Origin: Octopus bimaculoides
Lineage: Eukaryota
DNA: 43,082 nucleotides
Direction: 5' to 3'
Assembly (NCBI RefSeq): GCF_001194135.2
Contig: NC_068985.1
Span: forward strand, 118,680,695 to 118,723,776
A program made the position numbers and the translations under genes. Below, piece after piece: positions 1-10,489 of the stretch. The notes beneath the pieces are model-generated. The model was not told the origin of the DNA. It saw only the letters and a list, made by a program, of their open reading frames with translations, and made no database searches. The first letter of the stretch is position 1. The number at the start of each line of letters is the position of its first letter.

Positions 1-2550
1 TATATGGCCAACAACTTTCAGGCCACTAATAACGACATCCTGGCTCTGTATGGGCTGCGCAAGGACCATAAGATGACGACTGAGCCAGTGACAGGACCTC
101 TGAAAGTGACAGTGCTACTACCACCGAGATCTGCACCTGTGGTCGGCTTCACTTGGGCTCATGCCTGTGGGTTCCATGGTCCTGTCACTGGGTCAGTGAT
201 CATGTTCTGTGGAGCCAATGTTGCCAACAACTACTGGATCTCCTACTTCCTCTCTATGATCATACGCCCTCTGATCAAAATGTCCCCAGACGTCTGCAAC
301 AGCACAAAGGACCTCCTCAAGAGAATCAGTGAATGCAACCATGCCTACAACCTGATGGGATGCATAATAGCGAGAGTGATGTGGAATTTCATGGTGTTGA
401 CACAGAAGAACCGGGTCTCCCATTGAGACTGACATGCTACAATGATAACTCAGATAAACATGACCTTAGTTGTTTCTGCCCCACTAGATCGGTAAGAAGT
501 AGACCCCCACCCCCCGAAAAACCCCTAGAGAAAGATGGAACGGATGAACCAGAGCTATATAGACCTTGTAAATGATGATCAGGTTAAGAAGATGGTCGCA
601 CTTGCAGTGGGAGTGACCACACTCAAGACCACACTCAAGGGCCACATATTCAAGTTTAATAACAAGATATACGCCCAAGAGGAAGATGTGGCTATCAGTG
701 TCAGTATCGCTGGCAATGTGGCTAACATATTTATGGTATGGTGGGATAGGAGACTCAAAGAGAAATTAGCAGAGAACTCCATAACCCTAACCATATACTC
801 CTGCTATGTGGATGATATCAACATAGTAGCCAAAGCACCCCTACAAGACAATGTTGATGATCTAGAAGCTAACAATATGGAGAGCATCCAGCAAATAGCT
901 AACTCCTTCCACCAGAGTATTAAAGTAAAAATAGACTACCCTAGCAAGCACCTGAACTATAGGTTTCCTATTTTAGACATGGAACTCTGGTTAGAAACTA
1001 AGAATGGTAAGGTCCAGATCCTTCGCTCCCATTATGCCAAACCCATGGCCTCTAAGTACCTTTGTTCACAAGAACACAGCTATTGCAGACAACACCAAGT
1101 TCAACATTCTTATAGCTGACTTGGTGAGAGTGATGAGGAATGTGTCTCACATGTGCGACTCTATGGAATTGGAAAGACACAATCAAAGGGACAGGATTTT
1201 AGTGTACAAAAGAGCCAGGACCCAGTACAGAGCCATCATAGAGAATGATGCAAAGGGGATCTGCCAGCTGTACAGGAGTAAATCCTGGAACAGTACAGAA
1301 AGGACCAGAAATAAGATAGATAAAGCCAACTCATGGTATGACAACAAAAAATATCAGTGTCATGTTTGTTGATGCTACCCCTGATGGCGAACAAGCATAC
1401 TTATTTAGAAAAACATTAAGTAATGCTAATCTACAGATTAAAGTAGTAGAAAGGGCTGGTGCTGCTATAAACTCCCTGATCTGTAGAACTTATCCTTTTT
1501 GTAAGTCCCCATATATGGAGAACAATTGTATTGTGTGTAGGATGAACCCATGGGTTAACTGTTAGGTTAGGAATATAGTGTATAGCTTATGATGTGCTGA
1601 GCGATGGCACAGAGACGTGACAACTACTTACATTGCAGAGACTGCATGCAGCATAGGGGAGCGTATAGGTGAACACCTGCGAGAGCTCAAAGAACATAGA
1701 CGCTAGATTAATAACATAGAGGTTAAGGTATTATCAATGCATAGAACTGACATGACACTTAGACAGATCACAGAGGCTACACATATAGCAATAGACAGAC
1801 CAAGCCTTAATGGAAAACACAAATGGAACAATAACACCCACCACCACACAGCATGATGACTAAAGACAGAGTGGAGGAAAAATAAAGGAAAAAGATAAAA
1901 TGAAAATAAAACACAGATACAAACAGGGCAATACACACACAATAGACATATATGCACATTCACACACCAATGATAAATATAAGAAATGAAGATAAAAATA
2001 AATAATACATCTATATAAAGGGCACAGATACAAACAACATTGGAAGTAAATCCATATACACATGCAAACACACACACAGTAACTTCACAGACAGCTGCAA
2101 CAGTATCAACAACATGATTAACAATGGCAGCAGCAGTGGCGGTGACAATGATGGCAATAACAACAAACAACAACTATAACAATGGCAGCAACATGGGCAA
2201 ACACACAAACACAGAGACAAACAGGAACTGTACCAAATTTCGGGTCCTAGGACAGCAGCTGTGACAATGGAGGAGGGAAGGGGCTGAGGGGAAATGCTAC
2301 TAAGAGCCATGACATGCACAACATACACACACTTACACACACATACACACACACACACATACACACACACACACATGACCACATGCACACATACACAAAC
2401 ATGGACGCAGACGCATGCACATATAAGGATACACATCATAGATCATAATGAAATTAGTGGAGCAAGAGCACACAAAAAGACAGAAAGTGTTTCTGAAGAG
2501 GTCACAGATGTGTGACAAAAGATTTCTGGACAATGAACATGAGTTAGATT
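1..2550 (+). mobile_element. Decayed Penelope-like retroelement (RT + GIY-YIG endonuclease + 3' tail)
   Basis: Frameshifted RT pieces: ALYGLRKDHK (ORF 4..426), then QEEDVAISVSIAGNVANIFM, YVDDINIV and ILDMEL (ORF 535..1119). A Cys-rich linker (CKSPYMENNCIVC) follows, then in the same frame past a stop RNIVYSL*C...YIAETACSIGERIGEH...EATHIAIDRPSLN (~1566-1830, GIY-YIG). A CA-rich tail follows. Confidence 0.9.
2487..2534 (+). ncRNA. Degenerate hammerhead ribozyme in the Penelope 3' tail
   Basis: CTGAAGA at 2493-2499, then stem II GTCAC/AGATGT/GTGAC (2501-2516). AAAA replaces GAAA, and stems I/III are imperfect. Confidence 0.45.
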
Positions 2551-2829
2551 AAGAACAGTAATAAATGAATGAAGAACAAATATATAGTGCTTGTATTTAT
2601 TTGGCAAAAATAAAAGACCATCCCATAATACAACAGTATATATATATATGTGTGTGTGTGTGTATGTATGTATATATATGTATAATATATATATGTGTGT
2701 GTGTATATATATATGTGTATGTATATAAATGTATGTATATTTATTCAATCAGCATGGCCGCAGCTCTAAGCTGAAACTATAAAAAATAAAAATAAAAAAA
2801 ATAAATAAAATGAAAAGGAAAAAATAAAT

Positions 2830-3733
2830 AAATAGTTACCAGAGTGGCAAAAATTCACATATGTGCCAAAGATATTACAACCTACTTATAAAGGTAGAAA
2901 TTCCCGGGTTAAGTGAATAACATGGATAAATTAAGAAATGGAGTCAAACGCAGGTGTTATTCAAATCATTTATACTTCTAACATATGTTTTGAAAAAAGC
3001 ATTGAGATTATTCGAGAGGGAATAAAAATTATGTAAAACAATGCAATCATCTCGTCAGGGAAAAAAAGGAACAAAACATATCAATGGGAGTTTGTCAAAA
3101 AGAATATCTAACCATTATTCTACATTTAGACATATCAATAAACGCAACAATACTGGGCTTAGTAAATTAATTTGGTCTCCAAAGGAACATAGTAAACATA
3201 GTTTGGAATAGAAAATTCTATCTAGATCCTTCCCTTATGACAAGGGTAAATATTTTTGTCTGCTCTATAACGAAGAGCCATTTTTCATCCTTTTCTCAAA
3301 GAATAATCTTGCAAACACATTTAAAGAATGCGTTTATTGTTGTAAACATTGGCAAAAGCATACCTATAAAATTCAGCCTTTAACTGTCTACTTACATTTC
3401 ATTTCCACTACATATATCTATTTCTATGTTTTTAAACTTTATTCCAATTCATCTATCACATTATAATTTTCCACTCTTAATTTTCTGTTAATTTCTTTCT
3501 CTCTTTTCCTTCCCTTTCTCTAAATTAACTTTGATGTTAAATCTATTAACGGTTTAAAAAATAATAACTTGTTAGCATTCTCCTTACATCATATAATACA
3601 TACATGACAATCACATTCAGTTAAAATGGCTTATTGATGTGTTTTGTTCATTTTTTTCCCCTAATGAGATGATTGCATTGCTTTACATCATTTTTATTCT
3701 CTCTGGGATAATCACAATGCTTCTTTTTGAAAC
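2830..3733 (+). mobile_element. 5'-truncated Penelope-like fragment with an inverted copy of its 3' repeat
   Basis: ~3120-3380 translates FRHINKRNNTGLSKLIWSPKEH...*KILSRSFPYDKGKYFCLLYNEE...CCKHWQKH (PLE endonuclease C-terminus). 2987-3085 is a reverse-complement match (~85% by eye) to 3633-3733. Confidence 0.7.
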
Positions 3734-3739
3734 ACACAC

Positions 3740-3842
3740 GCATACACATACACACTTATATATAAATATATATACATATATATATCTATGTATTTTTATG
3801 TATGTATATATATGTATATATATATATGTATATATATGTATG

Positions 3843-3873
<31 letters not shown>

Positions 3874-3924
3874 GTGCGTATATATGTATATATATATGTG
3901 TATATATATATATGTATGTATGTA
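3740..3924. repeat. (TA)n/(TATG)n/(CA)n microsatellite
   Basis: Direct reading; one of many such tracts (also ~2320-2400, 2636-2740, 6140-6230). Confidence 0.95.
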
Positions 3925-5197
3925 CACAGACATGCAGGAAGTAAATAGACACCTATAATTTATAAAATCTTTTATTCAATATGCTAAGTGAACAATTGAA
4001 ATGTAATTGATAGGTAGGACTACATACTTTAGTATTTAGTTGACATTCCCTGTGCAGTTTTTAATTCAGAAACTCTTTTTGGCATTGAACTGATGAGCTT
4101 TGTGATTGTCTCTTGTGGAATTTCTGCCCACTTTTCATGCATCAATTGAAACAATTCATTTTTAGATTTAGGCTTCTGTTGAGTTTTCCATATAGCTCTA
4201 TCTAGTATGCTCCAAAGATTTTCAATTTGGTTCATGTCAGGAGATTGGCTGGGACACGGAAGCTTTTTGATCCCATTTTCAGTCAGCCATTGTTGATTCC
4301 TTTTCCCCGTGTGGCATGGAGTTCCATCTTCCATGAATGAAAACTCATTTTTCATTATGTTATCATGTGAATACATCGGAAGTAGTCCTTGCTTAAGTAT
4401 TTCGATGTATTTTTCAGAGTTTATGGTTCCAACACATTCGATCAGCTCAAAATGACTATTGCTGGTGACAGCTCCATATACCATTACAGAGATACCGACA
4501 TGTTTCACAGTTGGTTGGAGTTGTTTCAAATCAAATTTTTGATTGGGAAGTCTCCAGACCCAAACATATCCATTGTCTGAAATGATGAAAATCTGGATTC
4601 ATCTGAGAAAATCACTCTATCCCAAAATGAACTGGATTTTTCTGACATCTCCTTAGCCCATTTCTTTCTTTAAATGATATTAATTGGTTGAAAGAGAGGT
4701 TTTCTTCTAGCTGCTCATCCATAATACCCAAGCTTATGCAGATATGTAACACACGTTCTTGGACTAACTTCTAGCTGTTTTGCAATGTCAGAAGCCTTCG
4801 AACGGGGTTTGTTTTCCACAATTCTCTTCAAACAACAAAGCCTCCTTTCCGAGGGCCCAGGTCAGCCAGGACAAGAATCTGTTGATTCTTTTCCTTTGCT
4901 TTTGAATTGCACTATAATTTTATTAACAGCAACAAGAGGAATTTGAAGATTTTTGGCAATTTTTCACTGGCTAAGACCAGCCTCAGATTGCCCACAATAC
5001 GACCTCTTTGAAAATCTGACAGTTCTGCTGAATTTTTTGTGCGTGGCATGTTTACTCTTTGCAAATGTTTAATATAATGGCACCTAGAATGAAAAAGAAT
5101 AATTACATTGTAAATTCTACAATACTGAAAACATTAAGACATTTAGATCAGAAATTTTGAAAATTAAACGTGTCTATTTACTTCCTGCATGTTTATC
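3925..5197 (-). mobile_element. Tc1-family DNA transposon (DD34E), transposase pseudogene
   Basis: Perfect 23-bp inverted match ACATGCAGGAAGTAAATAGACAC at 3930-3952 and 5170-5192, with TA at 3923-24 and 5198-99. Transposase runs from ATG 5049 (MPRTKNSAELSDFQRGRIVG) to stop 4029 with frameshifts and stops. D(GTPCH)...SPDMNQI-E has 34 residues between D and E. Confidence 0.95.
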
Positions 5198-5352
5198 TAA
5201 AGGCTTATTATACTGTTTATTATACGCTTTTAGAAGCGTTGAGATGTCTTAGAAAGTTAAAGAAGTGATTTTAAATTCTCAATCGCAGAATAATGCTAAT
5301 GATATAGCCTGAACAGGATAAACTACCCCTATTTTGCAGAAAAAAGTGTAGG

Positions 5353-5427
5353 TGGTTAGCTGTGGACTCGAACTCACATCCCCGTGATTACGCATCACGA
5401 TGCTTTGACCGATTAAGCTAAACTCCC
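5353..5427 (-). pseudogene. tRNA-like sequence (Thr-CGT-like pseudogene or tRNA-derived SINE head)
   Basis: Minus strand has an A-box/D arm TAGCTTAATCGGTCAAAGC, a perfect anticodon stem CGTGA/TCACG with loop TGCGTAA, and B-box GTTCGAGTCC. A T6 run lies ~7 nt downstream (5340-5345). The acceptor stem pairs poorly and loop position 33 is G instead of U. Confidence 0.6.
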
Positions 5428-5557
5428 CCACTACAAATTCCTCTGCCTATGCTCTTCAACAGAAAGGAACACAGAAATAAACAGAGAGAGAAAATAAAAA
5501 AGGTTTAGTGGCTAGCGATCTATCATGGTGAAAGCCAGACATGTGGTGAGAGAGGAG

Positions 5558-5733
5558 NNNNNNNNNNNNNNNNNNNNNNNNNNNNNNNNNNNNNNNNNNN
5601 NNNNNNNNNNNNNNNNNNNNNNNNNNNNNNNNNNNNNNNNNNNNNNNNNNNNNNNNNNNNNNNNNNNNNNNNNNNNNNNNNNNNNNNNNNNNNNNNNNNN
5701 NNNNNNNNNNNNNNNNNNNNNNNNNNNNNNNNN
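5558..5733. other. Assembly gap (N run)
   Basis: N run. Other gaps: 10635-10956, 16231-16478, 23672-24571, 29322-29331, 31374-32161, 41733-42165. Confidence 1.
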
Positions 5734-6159
5734 GTGGTGTGGTATGGTGGTGTTGGGGTGTGTGTGGGGGGGGGAAGCGAGGGTGGGTGTGGGTTGGGAT
5801 AGGGTATGTGAGAGTGGAATGGGATGTATAGAGGTGGGGTAACAATGGAGGGGGTGATGATGAAGGGAGGAGGGTGGAAAGGGGAAGGGTGGTAGGAGTG
5901 AGGAGAGGAAGTAGGTGTCAGTGCAAGAGAGGAGAGGTGGGTGGGAGGAAGTAGGTAAGATAGGGGAGAGGAGGGGGTTAGATGAAAAGGGGATGAGAGT
6001 TGAGCCAATATGGTGCAAAGGAGCAAAGAGAGAAAATTAATTCACAGCAAAGATGGGAGTCAGGATGGCCCCTGTGCGAGGACAATCCGAACACAGACAG
6101 ATGTTGTAAAGAATGACTGGTAGAGCGGAAATGGTGCATATATATATGTATATATAACA

Positions 6160-6191
<32 letters not shown>

Positions 6192-6232
6192 CACACACAC
6201 GCACACACAGATGTATATATATGTATATATAT

Positions 6233-6383
6233 TATGGCGTTAGGAAGGGCATCCAGCTGTAGAAACTCTGCCAAATCAGATTGGAGCCTGGTGTAGCCAT
6301 CTGGTTCACCAGTCCTCAGTCAAATTGTCCAACCCATGCTAGCATGGAAAGCGGACGTTAAATGATGATGATGATGATGATGA

Positions 6384-6388
<5 letters not shown>
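6233..6388 (+). mobile_element. RTE-LINE 3' tail / RTE-tailed SINE ending in (GAT)n
   Basis: GGCGTTAGGAAGGGCATCCAGCTGTAGAAAC...CCATGCTAGCATGGAAAGCGGACGTTAAA(TGA)n. The same sequence ends the RTE copy at ~12040-12180 and recurs at ~21230-21417, 24572-24798, ~28310-28540, ~34720-34850 and ~36530-36735 (-). Confidence 0.85.
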
Positions 6389-6422
<34 letters not shown>

Positions 6423-6662
6423 TTACAATTGATGGAGTCAAAACTGTACAAGTCTACTGAAAACAATGCAGAGCAAAAGAAGAGACCAAGACTAGGTGAA
6501 GACTGAGGGACAAGCACAAAATAAACAAGGCTGGCAAGAAGAGTATGTGGAGGCTCTTTGCATTAAGAGGCAGTGGAAAGAGTAACAATACCAATAACAG
6601 TAAGTATAGATGCATGTACATATCAATTCATAGACTTACATTTTGTATTTCCTCTTTTATAG

Positions 6663-6902
6663 AATCTGATGAACCATTTCCTATCTGCTCAAAAGATGAT
6701 GTTCTTCACGAAGATTATGACCCAGCATTGCACCATCCTGTTTTCTGTGGTTATTTGTGTGCCAAAGTAGATACCTATGAAGATGCAGCAGCAGATTTTG
6801 ACCCAGCTACCAGCCATCCTGCATGTGTGGGTTATGTCCTCATTGATATACCTAAAAAGCATGTTAAACCCAAGTGTGATGAAGCTCCTGATCCCAAAAC
6901 AT
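6663..6902 (+). CDS. IQCK: IQCK-like protein, internal coding exon A (phase 1 to 1)
   Basis: Pyrimidine tract + AG at 6661-62 and GTAAGC donor at 6903. Encodes SDEPFP...DEAPDPKT and joins the next exon to give PDPKTC-EPSEYL, matching the recalled IQCK PKTCSPxEYL motif. Confidence 0.8.
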
Positions 6903-7707
6903 GTAAGCCACATTTCATCAGAATAAGTTGTTTTTTTTTTAATTGGACTCAGGTTGAGGGAATATTGTAGCAATTTCTGAAGGTTTCATCTATATTAGCC
7001 ATATAAATTAACCTTGTGGTTGGTCACCCCGCCAAAAATAGCAATGGGATATCTGTGAAATCACACCCCACTACCTCAGAAAAGGAAGAACAATATAATC
7101 CCTAACATATAAAAAGACAGGCACATCATGGCTTTTGATCAACATTTGCTAAAATAGAGCTGAGCTTGGGCTGAGCAACAACAACAGCAAATAAAGTTAT
7201 CATGAGCCAAAGAAGGAGCTTATATGTGGTCCTTCGACCTACTAGAAGTAGCAAGCAAAATCTCCCTTTCACTGCATCTTACAATCATAAAGAAGCGTTG
7301 ATCAACCCAATGTTATTGGAGAAGAAACTCACTTGAGGTGGAATGCATAGGATTGAACATGGAACCACAAGGTTGGGAATCAAACATCTTGAGCACAGAG
7401 CCATTTCTGTTCCTTGCTGTCATCAATAGAATATGTAGTTGTTGTTGTTGCTTAACCCCAAGTCAATCCTAATTCAGCAGATAATATGATCAAAGGGCAT
7501 TACACCAATATACATCCAGTATATACATCCTAGAACAACATATTTCAATGTATTCTTCCTTCTTCTTTTAAGATAGTAGGTCATGATATATGGAAATTTG
7601 GTAGTTATTTCTAGTACGTCAAGCAACCATATAGAGGTTCCTTCAAACAATGAAGTTCAGTTTGATTGTTTGGTCGATTCTTTGCTACAACTCTTTTATT
7701 CTTTTAT

Positions 7708-7896
7708 TTGTTTCAGTCATGTTGCCTGCGGCCATGCTGGAGCACCGCCTTTAGTCGAACACATCAACCTCAGGACTTATTCTTTGTAAGCCTAGTACTT
7801 ATTCTATCAGTCTCTTAGGCGAACGCTAAGTTCCTGGGACATAAACACACCAACATCAGTTGTCAAGTGATGGTGGGGTGACAAACATACACACAA

Positions 7897-7959
<63 letters not shown>

Positions 7960-8088
7960 CGACAGGCTTCTTTCAGTTTCCGTCTACCAAATCCACTCAC
8001 AAGGCTTTGGTTGGCCCGAGGCTATAGTAGAAGACACTTGCTCACGGTGCCACACAGTGGGACTGAACCCCGAACCATGTGGTTGGTC
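7708..8088 (-). mobile_element. tRNA-derived SINE family A (internal CA/TG microsatellite, LINE-like tail)
   Basis: Reverse-complement match to the + copies at 13980-14415 and 32630-32995. Partial or other copies at ~15640-15740, 18480-18590, 19480-19685, 20770-21235, 25905-26200 (-) and 28990-29270 (-). Confidence 0.85.
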
Positions 8089-8149
8089 AGAGAGAGAGAG
8101 ACAGAGAAAGAGAGAGAGAGATAAACCTACTTGATTATTGAGATCACCT

Positions 8150-8640
8150 TAAAGTATTGAAACTCTACTCTCTCCAGCGCTGCCGCGAGTGATGCAGCAT
8201 TTGCACGATGAGGAGAATATACTGCCAGCATTGCCCAAACGACCACAACATTAGCTTCAAAATTCATCCAAGGCTAGGACCACAAGCCATACGTCCCCTA
8301 CCCAATTCAAGATCACAACACATAAATACACTGCAACACAGTTTCTTTTCCTCAACAGGCCCTGCCCTATTTAACATTGTCCCAAAACAGATCAAAGAGG
8401 AAAAGGATCCCATTACTTTTAAATGGAATCTGGACAAATTTCTTCAAGGAATACCAGATAAGCCACCTATACCTGGATACAACTCACTCAACAAAAACTC
8501 CCTACTCAAATGGACCATGATACCACAAAACTTGACTTAAAATAGATTTAGATAATCCTATCAGGTGGTGCTATTAAGTTAGACATGGCCTAGACCAATC
8601 TTTGGTTGAAACATATATAAGTTTTTATCTAAGTTATATA
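8150..8640 (+). mobile_element. 3' end of a CR1/L2-like LINE
   Basis: ORF 8208..8540 (SFFSSTGPALFNIVPKQIK...FKWNLDKFLQGIPDKPPIPGY...NSLLKW) resembles a CR1/L2-group ORF2 C-terminus and is followed by a short 3' UTR. Confidence 0.75.
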
Positions 8641-8659
8641 TATATAAATAAATGTATAT

Positions 8660-10190
8660 ATAAAAATTTTTTTTCAGAATGAGATAAAAAACCAAGGCTG
8701 TGAAGATTTTAGAACATTTATAAATAGAAGATCTTACAGCTGTTTCCAGGATATTTATCATATCCCTTCATCAGAGACGGTGTGAGAAAATGGTTAAGCA
8801 ATAGTTAATTTAGATAAGATACGAAGTAGAGAGTGAAGTGGAGGAATGAAAATAGATGTGAGATATGCCGGGATATTCCATTTGTAAATCCATTATTTAG
8901 GCAGAACGGTATACATATAAGATTCCAATACCTTGTGAGTAAAATCTAATAGTATTTAAAATTGGTCATTCCAAGTATAGAGTTTGTACACAGTGCTATT
9001 GAATCAAGGGTTTTATTTAAAGTGACCTAAAAGTAGCGAATGTATTTGTAAGGTCAAATCGAAAACAGGAAGAAAGGAATAAAAAGAAGAGAAAAAGAAA
9101 AAAAGAAGAAAAAACAGGAAGAGAGGAATAAAGAAAAGAAAGAAAAAAGGAAAAACAAGGATAGAGATAATAAGGGGAAGTGTACCAGTTAGTGGTCAGT
9201 GAAGATAATTTGAAAGTAGGAATGGGGAGATGAGGGTGATAGAGAGAGAAAGGTATTAGAGTGTAAAAAGATAGAAGGAATGGGGAGTGATAGAGAGAGG
9301 TATAATAGTGTGAAAGGTAAAGGAGTGTCAGTTATGTAGTGATAGAGTCTAAAAGATGGGGCAGAGAGAGGGGTAGTAGTATGGAATGAAGAATTTAAGA
9401 ATATAAATTAGGTAGTTGGGCAGGTCAGTGTTTAGTAATAGAAGAAAATATATATATGTGAAGATGTATACATATGTATATATTAGACATGTATATATAT
9501 ATTTATACAGGGGTTTGTACATATCAATATCTATATATACAACTCATACACATATGTATATGTCCACATGCACACCCATATATATGTGTATCTGTATGTA
9601 TTATCGCCCCTGTACATGCAGGTATATATACCTTGCATACATACATACATACACACATAAATACATACATGCATACACACACGCATATGCATGCATATAT
9701 ATACACACAAATATAATTAGATGGTTGTGATATTCGAGTATGAGTGAGGAATTTCAATAGAGATTAGGAGTTAAAATGTAGATTTATAAGGTTATTGGGA
9801 TTACCTAAGGGGTATTGTGGAAATGTACTGTGTGGTCATTTAGGCATTTGGATTTGTGGTAGAATTTGAATGTGTGAAAAAAATAGGTGGTTGCATGTGC
9901 TTAGTGCCTCATTATGTTTATTTAGCAGTGCTGGAGAGTTGTGCTTTAATATGTGAAGTGCCTCCTTCAGGCAAACTTTGCAGGTTGAGCGTTGACCTCA
10001 GTAGGGAAGCCCTGAGTCCAGTATGGACCATAAAAGAGTATAGGGTATATTTGTATTTTTGAGATGATGTATGTGGTTGGCAAGTGTTGTAGATTTACTA
10101 TGTTTATCGTATCTAAAACAGTAGAGGTGAGCGGCATATCATTGCTTAAAATATTTGGTTGAACCTATGTATATGGCTGTAGAGTTGTGT
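8660..10190 (-). mobile_element. 5'-truncated Penelope-like element (endonuclease C-terminus + 3' tail with hammerhead)
   Basis: Minus strand ~10190-9870 reads KYFKQ*YAAHLYCFRYDKHSKSTTLANHIHHLK...WSILDSGLPY*GQRSTCKVCLKEALHILK...LLNKHNEALSTCNH. A low-complexity tail and a hammerhead core follow on the same strand. Confidence 0.8.
8731..8778 (-). ncRNA. Minimal type I hammerhead ribozyme
   Basis: Minus strand: GTCT-CTGATGA-A-GGGATAT(GATAA)ATATCCT-G-GAA-ACAGCTGT-A-AGAT. Core boxes are intact, stem II is 7 bp, stem III is the palindrome ACAGCTGT, the cleavage triplet is GUA and stem I is GTCT/AGAT. Confidence 0.8.
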
Positions 10191-10239
10191 AATAGATCAA
10201 GGACTGCATTTGTAAATTACATTATATCTTCTGCAATGG

Positions 10240-10350
10240 GTTTGTAACAGGCAGATGGTTCCAGGACGTAACACATGACCATACCAGCACAATCGTCTCA
10301 CTTGCATACTACATTTGATGCTTCTTATGTCCAACTTTCTTATGTCCAAC
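10240..10350 (-). mobile_element. Short RTE-LINE fragment with an internal ~15-bp tandem duplication
   Basis: Translates KLDIRKLDIRSIKCSMQVRRLCWYGHVL, matching the RTE copy at 11477-11722. Confidence 0.75.
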
Positions 10351-10489
10351 TTCTTATGTCCAACATATACATGTATATGTATACATATGTGTAGATGTAT
10401 ATATATATATATAGATGTACATGTAATATGTACACATATATACATATATACATGCATACAGATATCTATACATATATACACCCATCACA

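Noticed and set aside
5525-5557. ATG GTG AAA GCC AGA CAT GTG|GTGAGA as IQCK exon 1
   Set aside because: The donor gives phase 0 but exon A needs phase 1. There is no recognisable IQCK N-terminal motif, and the sequence runs into a gap.
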